Shown here: positions 14,609 through 24,560 of the stretch, one piece after another
How the letters are laid out: the number at the start of each line of letters is the position of its first letter
Numbering within the stretch: the first letter of the stretch is position 1
NCBI RefSeq assembly: GCF_037042905.1
Contig: NC_087251.1
Span: 2,172,001 to 2,236,000, forward strand
Origin: Lytechinus pictus
Lineage: Eukaryota
Direction of reading: 5' to 3'
Length of the DNA stretch: 64,000 nt
Translations under genes and position numbers: made by a program
The notes under the pieces: generated by a model
The model's database searches: none
What the model was told of the DNA's origin: nothing
What the model saw: only the letters and a program-made list of their open reading frames with translations

Positions 14609-14987
14609 ATGGCCCCAAAGAAGTCAAGGAAAAAGAGGAAAAATCAGCCTGATGAGGAGGAAGGGCCCCAGCCTATACCCGTGGCCGAGGAGAAAGCTAC
14701 TGCTTCTGTCATAGCTGGTGATGAGGGTGATGAATTTGGTGAAGCCCAGACCGAGGATGATGAAATGCTGCAGGAAGGGGGCAAAGATCCACCAGCCGCC
14801 GCCAGTGATGAGAACAACGTGACAGATGGCCATGCTACCTGCGGTATCACCAAAGCCATGGAGCAGGAGCTGGCCGAGTTTTTCGCTGACAATGAGTTCA
14901 TCTACGACAAGAGCAAGGTGGACTTAAAAAACTCTAAGAAGAAGGAGCGCAAGTACATGGAGATGGCGGAAAAGCTGGGAGTCACCA
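14609..14987 (+). CDS. Harbinger Myb/SANT (MADF) DNA-binding protein, exon 1
   Basis: MAPKKSRKKRK basic NLS, acidic stretch, MADF N-half LAEFFADNEFIYDKSKVDLKNSKKKERKYMEMAEKLGVT; donor A|GTAAGT at 14987/14988. Confidence 0.85.
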
Positions 14988-15104
14988 GTAAGTAGTAGCT
15001 GAAAAATATGCACATTCCGATTTATTGATGATGTTTATTAGTTAAACATGCCAATTTTTTGGATGTTGACTAATTTCTTGCTTCTACATTTTGTATATTT
15101 TCAG

Positions 15105-15874
15105 TGGCCGACATCAGACTATGGTATAAAAGCCAGAGGACCATCCTGGGGAAGATGAAGACCGCTGGAAAGAAGAGTGGTCAGAAGGCCATCGTCCTTA
15201 CCCCCAGGCAGAGATGGGTCAATAACAACCTTGGTTTTCTGATGAAGCACATAGTCCATCGGTCACAGGGCTGCCAACTGGGCCACCTCAGTGGCCGAAT
15301 TACTGAAGCCGCCTCCGACGAAGAGGGTTTAGATGAGGAGGGTCCAGATGCCAGCCAAGCACCCAGCTCCAACCAAGTCTCCAGCCAGGGGGCTGCACCT
15401 CCCAAGAAGAGGCAGAAGAGGGGGTCGCCCACCGATGTGGACAAGGCCCTCCTGGAATTCATCAGAACATCCACCGAGCAGACGGCCATCCGGATCCAGG
15501 TGGATGCGGCACTCACCCAAGGCGCTGACGAGAGGCAGGCCTGGCTAGAATGGATGCTGCAGGCCGTCCGCCCACTCCCAAGACCCCTCTGGCGAGAGTT
15601 CACCAGGGACACTTTCAACTTGGTGAGCCGCTACCAGGATCGGGCGGACCACCTTTCCACCACCCCAGTATCTCGCCCCAGCACTCCCCAGATGATCCAG
15701 CCACTCAGGCCTCAGTCAGCGCCGATCGGCTTCACCCAGGACGCTCCACCTGCTTCCTTCCTTGGGATGCTCGGGCCAAGCAGCACCTGGACCCCTCATC
15801 AGAACCCTCAGGGAGGATTTCAGCAGCCCAATTTACAGGCCCCCTTCCAGCAGCAGGCCCCCTTCCAGCAGTAG
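15105..15874 (+). CDS. Harbinger MADF protein, exon 2 (MADF C-half, NLS, BESS-like motif, Q/P-rich tail); frame stays open past the TAG to TGA 16016-16018
   Basis: Branch point TGACTAAT near 15067 and acceptor TTTTCAG| at 15104; the splice restores the frame (GVT-M-ADIRLWYKSQRTILGK); BESS-like DERQAWLEWMLQAVRPLPRPLWREFTRDTFNLV; spliced product 382 aa. Confidence 0.85.
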
Positions 15875-15943
15875 CGTGCCCCCTTCCAGCAGCAGCACCC
15901 CCACTTCCAGCAAAAACAGCAGGCCCCCTTTCAGCAGCAGCAG

Positions 15944-16893
15944 CAAGGAGGCAGCAACAGCACCAACACATCAATCATCACCCAGTTGAACTTGTCAGAT
16001 GAAGAAGATGAACAGTGAACTTTTGTTAGGATTGTTTTTATTGTTACTTGACGAACTCTCTCAACTCAAATTATAATTTGACTATTTTGGAACATTTATT
16101 TCAAACTTTTTTAAACATTTACTTGGTGAATAGAATTCATTTTCGTTAACAAAATGTCTTTGAAAAAATATATAATTTTTAAAACAACATGATTAATGAC
16201 AATATAAAATTTGTTATATCTGTACATCTTTTTTATTCTCATAAATCACGTTTTTTCAAAAATGTTCTTTTTTTTTTAATTTCAAATACATGCTATTAAA
16301 GGAGAATCAACGTTTATTATTTCAAACATTTCATGTCAAAGAAATTTTTGTTTAAAATAAATGTTGACATGATCATTCATTTCTTCTTTAAAATGATTCA
16401 TTCCACTAAATCAAGGAGGCAGCAACAGCGCCGTCACATCAATCATCATCCATTTGAACTTGTCAGACTTGTCAAATAAAGAAAATGAACAGTGAACTTT
16501 TGTTTGGATTGTTATTGTTACGATGAACTCTCTCAATTTAATTTACAACTGACCCATTTTGGAACATTTATTTCAGACTTTATTTTAAACATTAACATGT
16601 TTAATAAAATTAATTATCGTTAATAAAATGTCTTTGAAAAATATATATCATGTTTAAAACAACATGATTAATGACAAAAGAAAATATGTTATATCTGTAC
16701 ATCTTTTTTATTCTCATAAATCACATTTTTTCAAACATGTTCTCCTTCATTATTTTATTTCAAACACATGTTATTAAGGAGAGTTAACTTTTTAAATTTC
16801 AAACTACCTTTCGATGTAAAAGTAATGTATGTTTAAAATAACTGTTGACATGGTCATTCATTTCTACTTTGAAATGATTCATTCCACAAAATC
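15944..16893. repeat. Diverged tandem duplication (period about 468 bp) between the two Harbinger genes
   Basis: CAAGGAGGCAGCAACAGC starts at 15944 and again at 16412; the copies stay collinear to ...ATGATTCATTCCAC(T/A)AAATC. Confidence 0.85.
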
Positions 16894-16965
16894 ATGATCG
16901 AAGTTTACATGCCATTTTTATGGCAGAGTCTGTGCTGTATCCCAAGTAGTGCGCCAAGTGGCAGT

Positions 16966-18267
16966 CTATATCATGTGTTGTTGCCAGGGCAGGCTTCCAA
17001 CTGGACTGTTGTAGTAGTGCTTCAGGTAAGTTCTCAGCTTCTTGCCCTCTTTGTTTGCCTGGTAGCCTCCGCCAACTCGTTCAACATCCTGCAGAACTGC
17101 TGCGTTTCTCCATGCCCCAGGGATATGGTTGCCCAACTCATCTTCATGGTCAACGTCAATGTTCTGAAGCCCAGGAAAACGATCTCTCATTAGGTTGTGG
17201 AGGCACATGCAGGCCATAATGACTGTCTTGGCTTTTTCTGGATCAAGCTGTAGGGTACTCAACAAGCATCTCCAGCGATGGGCAAGGATGCCAAAGCTGT
17301 TCTCCACCACACGGCGAGCCCTCGAGAGACGGTAGTTGAAGATTCTCTCCTCGTAGGTCTGCTCACGGTTGGAGTACGGCTTCTGCATCCATGTTCTGAG
17401 AGGGAAGGCGTCGTCCCCAATTAAGAAGTAAGGGGTGTCTCGGTCATCATCTGGCAGGGGCTCTGGATCTGGCAGGCCAAGAGTACCATTCTCCAGTCCA
17501 CGTCTCAGCGGGCTGTGGTTGAAGACCTGGGCATTCGATGATGAACCGGGATTACCAACGTCAGCCCAGAGGAACTTGTAATTGCCATCAACTAGGGCCA
17601 AGAGGATGAGGCTGTAGAAACCCTTGTAGTTGTAGTAGATCGTACCAGAGCCTGGTGGATTTCTGATGGCCACGTGTTTTCCGTCCAAGGCTCCGCAGAC
17701 ATGATGAAAGTTCCATCTGTCAGCGTAAGTCCGTGCCACTTCTCTCCATTCATCTGGGGTAGTTGGACAGGAAAATACTTCATCTTGGTATTCACTGATG
17801 ATGGCCTGGCACACCTCTGGTATAAACAGAGAGATGGTATTATGGGCAACACGGAAGGCATACTGCAGGGTTTTGTAGCTGTTGCCGGTCGCAAGATATC
17901 TCAAGGTGATGGCCAGTTTGAGCCCAGGATCAAGTGGCTGCCGGTAGCGATAGGACTTCTCTATCCTCGGAGTGATGCGCTGCAACAGTTCAAGGAACGT
18001 TTCTTGTGGCATCCTCATGTAGTTCAGGAAGTCACCCTGACATTCTCTCTGCAACTCCGTCATCAGATTATCATACTGTCCAAACAGCACACGTCTCTCA
18101 ATCCAGGGTTTGACCCACCACCTTCTTCTTTGCCTTGCATGTCTTTGACGTCTACGGATGAGTAAGGCCATCAATATGACATGTCTGTCTTGAACGTTTT
18201 GGATTTGCCTTCTCAGACTTAGCAAATGCAAGAGCCTCCCAGGAGCTATTGGTCGAGCAGCAGCCAT
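16966..18267 (-). CDS. PIF/Harbinger DDE transposase (HARBI1-like nuclease family), intronless, 433 aa
   Basis: Catalytic motifs GALDGKH, IGDDAFPL and ARRVVENSFGILAHRW; N-terminal WVKPW, YMRMPQETF and HTH-like KLAITLRYLATGNSY; no stops or frameshifts. Confidence 0.95.
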   Translation of the reverse strand: MAAARPIAPGRLLHLLSLRRQIQNVQDRHVILMALLIRRRQRHARQRRRWWVKPWIERRVLFGQYDNLMTELQRECQGDFLNYMRMPQETFLELLQRITPRIEKSYRYRQPLDPGLKLAITLRYLATGNSYKTLQYAFRVAHNTISLFIPEVCQAIISEYQDEVFSCPTTPDEWREVARTYADRWNFHHVCGALDGKHVAIRNPPGSGTIYYNYKGFYSLILLALVDGNYKFLWADVGNPGSSSNAQVFNHSPLRRGLENGTLGLPDPEPLPDDDRDTPYFLIGDDAFPLRTWMQKPYSNREQTYEERIFNYRLSRARRVVENSFGILAHRWRCLLSTLQLDPEKAKTVIMACMCLHNLMRDRFPGLQNIDVDHEDELGNHIPGAWRNAAVLQDVERVGGGYQANKEGKKLRTYLKHYYNSPVGSLPWQQHMI

Positions 18268-18712
18268 GTTTACAGTATGGATGGTCCAGACATTTGGGAT
18301 GAAAGCTCAGGAGTTCTCGAGCTTATATTGGGGGTGAAAAAAAAGCGTACAACGTTGCAAAGGGGGCAAGACAGGTCTTCCAATAGTCTTAGGGTGGTAC
18401 AACGGACTCGTACGACAGGATGCATCATCCTACGACATGAAAATACTCGTGCAACACTCGTTCGGGGTCTTACAAGTGCGTGCAAAGTCGCACAACACTC
18501 GTACTGCCTGTCGTGCAATTATTTTTCATCGCGTCAGTCGCTCAAAATATCGGAGCAGCACGGTTTTTTTTCCCAACCGAGATGCGACCATTTTGTCGCA
18601 TCTGGATCGTACAATAAGTGGTACAACGGCTACAACGAGTCGTACAACGGGAAAAATTTCGAGTCGCAAGCCGTTGTAGTCTGTTTGGCAACAATTGTGA
18701 AAGGGGCTTAAA

Positions 18713-18821
18713 AGGAGCTTTCACAATTGCTCGTGCGATCGTTATACGAAATGGCCACAATATATATTGCACACAATCGCAACGGTTGTAAGATGTCACA
18801 CCACCAATTGTGAAAGGGGCT
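18713..18821. mobile_element. 109-bp mini-element of the same Harbinger family abutting the autonomous copy
   Basis: Degenerate left TIR AGGAGCTTTCACAATTG (18713-18729); perfect right TIR 18805-18821 followed by TTA. Confidence 0.7.
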
Positions 18822-20157
18822 TTAGTGACAACGCTTTGATGATACAGTTACTCTTTGGGCCTTTTCACATGTAAATCTTGAATCATCATTGTAATAATGA
18901 TTGCGATTGTTATCGTGATTATGATTAGCGTTCGTGATTCTAATCATGTTCTAGTTTGTTTCACACGTGCTAAATATTCGTCATTAGCCTTATTTTTCAC
19001 TGGAATCATCATTCAAGTTACGATTTTTTTTTACCGAGTGAAAGGGCGGTCTATCTATTGTATTTGACATCATCGTGTAACATTTGATGTGCTTCATATG
19101 ACAAGGCCTTCAGTAATTCGAGCTATATTCTTCATCGTTACTACATGTGTTTCATGAAAGCTTTTAATATTGAGCTAGTTTTCACAATTGACGGGTCTTT
19201 CAATCAACTAATCAAGCACTTTTGCTCGTAAACTAGTCAATTAAAACATCATTAACACATTGAAGGGTTTCAAAGGCAGTGAATGGTTAATGAACAATAT
19301 TAATTGCTTTGTGATAATTAATTGTCTTATTCACTCGGGTAATCAGGAATATTAGTCTCAGTGACATGCAAGGACATGTATTTCTATAAAGAAATTATAA
19401 AAATACATGCAGTTTATCATCTTGTGTACAGCTTTCCCCAATTTTTCTAATAAAAATGTACCTTTTGTAGATTACCTGTAGCAAAACAGTGAATATACCA
19501 AATTAATGGTTGAGGGAGGGAAGAGAAATATATAGCTAATATTTCGTGTCAAACATTCAACTGCGATATGAATAAAGGGTGTGAAAATGAATGTAGCTGT
19601 TACTTTAACGTCATGATTACAATCTTCCTCTTGTTCTTTGTAAGCCCCCGACTTCACTTCCCCCTACCCTATACCAAGACCCTTTAAAGAACTCTGGATA
19701 TCGGCAAGGTCGTCAGCATTCTCCATCAGTGAGGTTTGCCGTCTCTATATGGAATGGCTCCGACAAACTTTGAAAGGCCACTGAAAGCCTCAACACAAAT
19801 TTTCCGTCGAAATCCATGTTTGACCTTATTTATCCACAATGAAAATTGAAAAAATACACGTTTATATTCCAAGAAATATAGATATCTTGGTTGTTATGCG
19901 CATGAATTAAGCACCCCACACACCTCACGACTTGTCTGCGACCCGATTTTGGAATGGCAGTCGACTGTGTAATGTTCTAAGTCATCGTACGAATACCTAT
20001 GTTGTAATCTGTGACTATACTCTCATATTGGAATAAAAGCGAATTTAATATCTAGTCGTAATGGCGTAATAGCAATTACGATTGGCTACGATAATAAACT
20101 AATTTGACCTTTACTCCAAAATAAAGGATTGAAATCATCCATAGGCCTAATTGTTAT

Positions 20158-20447
20158 CACTGGCGGATCCAAGGGGGGGCAAAGCCGGCCCGTGCCCCCC
20201 CCCCCCTTTGAGAGGATTAAAATTTGCAATGTAAAATGGCGTTAACTTAGAAGTGTGCCCCCCCCCCCCCCTTTGAAAGTGAAGACCTTTTTTTTTGCTT
20301 GTCAATTTTTTCTCGTGAACGAAATGTCCTTATTTTTTGTTGAAAACCTTTTTCTTTTCTTTTCTTTTTCTTTTCTTTTTTTTTGCTTGTCAAATTTTTC
20401 CTCGGAAATTCCCCCCCCCCTTTTGGAAAATTCTGGATCCGCCCCTG
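20158..20447. mobile_element. Short non-autonomous element with GGCGGATCC termini (hAT-like)
   Basis: CACTGGCGGATCC ... GGATCCGCCCCTG inverted ends; TSD not clean. Confidence 0.6.
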
Positions 20448-20523
20448 GATGGTATATTCTTTCAGTCAAACTGAATTTAAAATAAAAAGATAATTTTCAT
20501 TCAATATCAGAAATTGGGCGTAA

Positions 20524-21708
20524 AGCCCCTTTCACAATTGACGTACGACCATTTGCGACCTTTTGGTCGTGCGACAGGCTGCAACAGGCATCAATCGCTA
20601 GTCATCTCATAAGATCGCACAGAGGCTTTCACAGTTGCAACAGCTGTCGTACAACAAAACAACCAGTAAACCCCGATGCACGAGTAAGTCGCATATACTC
20701 TTATTGTGCTCGTGCGATCACATGCGAGTGTTGCACGAGGGATTGCGAGTGCAACGGTCGCATACATGCGAATGAAACGGTAGTGCAATGTTGTAAGCCG
20801 TTGCGATCGGTCTTGCAACAGTCTTATGGCCCATATTATTATCGCAACCAGTCGCAAGACAGGTCTCTGTACATGTAGGTCGCTTGCACATGTGCAAGTG
20901 TTGCACGACCTCCAGTCAAGTAAATGCGACTACTTAGTTGTGCCACCTCTCGCACCAAGTCGTACAACGTTGAACGACACTCGCACGATGATCGCCCGAC
21001 CGATGGTACGACCCCGGGTACGGTCTGATGCGAGTGAATCGATCGTATTTGATCGCGTTCGGATTTTGAACATGTTCAAAGTTCAGATGTGACCAGTCAC
21101 GACCACCTCGAGTTCGTGCGACCGTCTACAACGACTGCGAGTGCTCGCAAGACACCAAGAGATCGATCGTGCAACAACAAGAAAAAACTGTTGCAGGCAG
21201 TCGTAAACTGGTCCGACGTCAATTGTGAAAGGGGCTGAACGGTCGCATACATGCGAATGCAACGGTTGTGGAATGTAGTAAGCCGTAATTTCGATCGGTC
21301 TTGCAACAGTCTCATATTATCGCACCCAGTCGCAAGACTGGTCTCTGTAGGTCTCCAGCACATGTGCAAGTGTTGTACGACCTCCAGTCGACTAAATGCG
21401 ACTATACTTAGTTGTGCCACCTCTCGCACCAAGTCGTACAACGTTGAACAACACTCACACGATGATCGCCCGACCGATGGTACAACCTGTTGCGAATGAA
21501 TCAATCGTATTTGATCGCGTTTGGATTTTGAACATGTTCAAAGTTCAGATGCGACCAGTCACGATCACCTCCGACCACCTCGAGTTTGTGCGATCGTCTA
21601 CAACGACTGCGAGTGCTCGCAAGACACCAAGGGATCGATCGTGCAACAACAAGAAAAAACTGTTGCAGGTGGTCGTAAACAGGTCGTACGTCAATTGTGA
21701 AAGGGGCT
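20524..21708 (+). mobile_element. Non-autonomous Harbinger element with an internal tandem duplication of its right part
   Basis: TAA|TIR at 20524; internal right TIR 21220-21236; final right TIR 21692-21708|TAA; TIR identical to the autonomous element. Confidence 0.9.
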
Positions 21709-21720
21709 TAAGGCATGATA

Positions 21721-24009
21721 AGCCCCTTTCACATTTGACGAACGACCAGTTTACGACCGCCTGCAATGTTTTTTTGTTGTTGTTGCACGATCGATCTCTT
21801 GGTGTCTTGCAAGCACTCGCAGTCGTTGTAGACGGTCGCACGAACTAGAGGTGGTCGTGACTGGTCGCATCGAAGTTTGAACATGTTCAAAATCCAAACG
21901 CGATCAAATACGATAGTGCGATAATATATAGGCCATAAAACTGTTGCAAGACCGATCGCAACACGGCTTACAACCAGTGGCGTAACTACGGGGGGGCATG
22001 GGGGGGCACGTGCCCCCCCCCCCCCCCAATCGGCTGACCAAAAAAAAAAAAAAAAAAAAAAAAAACGGGGAAAAGGAGAAAAAGAGGGAGAAAGGAAGAG
22101 AAACGTAATGGGAAAAAAGACATTATTGTTCATTATAATGTTATATTATATCATAATAATATGTCCTGTTATATTACATAAGAAACATTTTTCATAACTT
22201 TATGAAACATAATTTGCTCAGGGCCTATGTTTTCATTGCTCCTGATGCTCGCATTGTCTGTTTACCGAGATATATAACCCTGTTATACTAAAACCTCCCG
22301 TTTTCAAGTCAATATATACCAAACTGCCAAATATATTTCCTCGCACTTCGAGTTATTGTTTTATGTACAATAGTATCCTTCTTTTTCATGACTACTTAAA
22401 GTGATTGCCCCATTTTAAGGTCTTAATATAAAACATTTCCTGTCCGTGCTTACGTTAGCAGTAGCGGATTGGTGAAATATGTCTGCTCTCCATGCATGAA
22501 TTCCTAGAATCAGTCCTTAAAATGTTCCTTTTTCTGATCTGAATATCAAAAATTTTCAGCTCGCGCTTCGCGCTCGCACCATATGGTTAGTGAACTACGT
22601 ATGGTCTTCGTGAATTCCTACAAACAAGCCTTAAAATGCCCCTCTTCAGGTCTGAATTCCCTAAATTTTCAGCTCGCGCTTCGCGCTCGCAAGATTTGAT
22701 TAGTGAGATGGGTATGTTAATCATGATTACAAGTGCTTTATGTGCATATGTTTAGATGTAATTCTAACAAAATCAGCAAGCGCTTATTGGCACTCGCATT
22801 AGATGACTATGGTGAGATGTGTATACTCTTAATGGATTCCTAAACTATATTCCTTAAAATCTTCCTATTTGGGGTCAATATTTACAAAAATTTCAGCACG
22901 CGCTTCGCGCTCGCATTATTTAGCGAGACAGGTACGTATCATGATTACAAAAGAATTTTATAATGTCCTTTTTTAGGTCTGAATATCACAAATTTTAAGC
23001 TCGCGCTTCGCGCTCGCATTATTTGACCAGTGAGATACATATCCGTTTAATGGCACTGTCCTTAAAATGTCTCTATTAGGTCAGTATACCTGGCAACTGG
23101 GCGCGCTTCGCGCGCTCACTAAGTGACTCAAAATTTTTGCTGGTGCCCCCCCAATGCCGTGACCCACGGTACGCCACTGTACTGCTTACAACATTGCACT
23201 ACCGTTACATGCGCAAGCATGCGACCGTTCCTCGGTGTTACAAAATAGTTAAGAGTTAAGAATAAATAAAAGAGAGGGCAGAAAATATAAGAAAAATTGT
23301 ACTATAAACAACACGAAATTAAAAGGGCAAGATAAGTTTATATTTTTATAAAACAAAAAAATCTAACTTTTCCGAAATAAAACCTAGAGAAAATAGGGTA
23401 AAGGGCATTCCTCCCTCAACAAATAGGCCCGTATACTGAATTCGGGTTTAAATTAAACTCTTCTAAGGTTGTGGTTTAATTATGGATAGCTAATTGTTGC
23501 ATAAATCTGTAATGGTGCAGGTTTAATTTATTAGCTCATTCAAACAAAATAATATGTACACGCGCACCTAACTCATTGCAGATTGGCTGACAGCCCATTG
23601 GAAGTCCCAAGCTATATTGCTCTGAGTTCGAATTGGTATATACCTCAGATCAATCACACGAATACTCGCACTGGTTTCATTCAAACGTATGATCAATCGT
23701 ATTGTCTCACGTCGACTCTCACGACGATGCAATCAGTCGTGCAACTATTGAGACTGTTATGAAACCACTCGCAATCCCTCGTGCAACACTCGCATGTGAT
23801 CGCATGACCACTCACACGAGCACAAGACGAGCATAATTATGCGACTTACTCGTGCACAGGGTTTACTGGGTGTTCTTGTTGTACGACAGCTGTTGCATCT
23901 GTGAAAGCCTCTATGTGATCTTATAAGATGAATAGCGATTGATGCCTGTTGCAGCCTGTCGCGCGACCAAAAGGTCGCAAATAGTCGTACGTCAATTGTG
24001 AAAGGGGTT
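21721..24009 (-). mobile_element. Inverted non-autonomous Harbinger copy interrupted by other insertions
   Basis: TIR with 1 mismatch at 21721; homologous body at 21721-21974, 23185-23230 and about 23765-24009; TIR with 1 mismatch ends at 24009. Confidence 0.8.
21975..23184. mobile_element. hAT-like non-autonomous element nested in a Harbinger MITE
   Basis: TIR CAGTGGCGTA / TACGCCACTG; 8-bp TSD CTTACAAC (21967-21974 and 23185-23192, after 5 extra nt TACTG); internal GCTCGCGCTTCGCGCTCGCA repeats. Confidence 0.85.
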
Positions 24010-24012
24010 TTA

Positions 24013-24557
24013 AGCCTCTTTCACAATTGTGCTCGTGTGATCACATGCGAGTGTTGCACGAGGGATTGCGAGTGGAACGGTCGCATACATGCGAATGCAA
24101 CGGTAGTGCAATGTTGTAAGCCGTTGCGATCGGTCTTGCAACTGTGCAACAGTCTCATGGCCTATATATTATCGCACTCAGTCGCAAGACTGGCCTCTGT
24201 ACATGTAGGTCGCTAGCACATGTGCAAGTGTTGTACGACCTCCAGTCGAGTAAATGCGACTACTTAGTTGTGCCACCTCTCGCACCAAGTCGTACAACGT
24301 TGAACAACACTCACACGATGATCTCCAGTCCGATGGTCCGATCTTATGCGAGTGAATCGATCGTATTTGATCGCGTTTGGATTTTGAACATGTTCAAAGT
24401 TCAGATGCGACCAGTCACGACCACCTCGAGTTCGTGCGACCGTCTACAACGACTGCGAGTGCTCGCAAGACACCAAAAGATCGATCGTGCAACAACTGGG
24501 AAAAAAAATTGTTGCAGGCGGTTGTAAACAGGTCGTACGTCAATTGTGAAAGGGGCT
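24013..24557 (+). mobile_element. Internally deleted non-autonomous Harbinger copy
   Basis: TTA|AGCCTCTTTCACAATTG at 24013; right TIR 24541-24557|TAA. Confidence 0.85.
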
Positions 24558-24560
24558 TAA

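Larger units (their letters stand above)
14144..18708. mobile_element. Full-length PIF/Harbinger DNA transposon
   Basis: Perfect 17-bp TIR AGCCCCTTTCACAATTG (14144-14160 and 18692-18708); TAA TSD (14141-14143 and 18709-18711); contains a DDE transposase and a Myb/MADF gene, the two-gene layout diagnostic of Harbinger. Confidence 0.96.

Noticed and set aside
16966..18267. Domesticated HARBI1 host gene
   Set aside because: It lies within perfect TIRs and a TSD with a partner MADF gene, so it is a transposon ORF; no gene symbol assigned.
14166..18799. Antisense and alternate-frame ORFs overlapping the Harbinger genes and ends
   Set aside because: Shadow ORFs of GC-rich coding or subterminal sequence with no domain signatures.
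14144..18821. Element boundary at the outer TIR (18821)
   Set aside because: Flanks would be TAA and TTA, whereas the inner TIR (18708) gives a matching TAA/TAA TSD.
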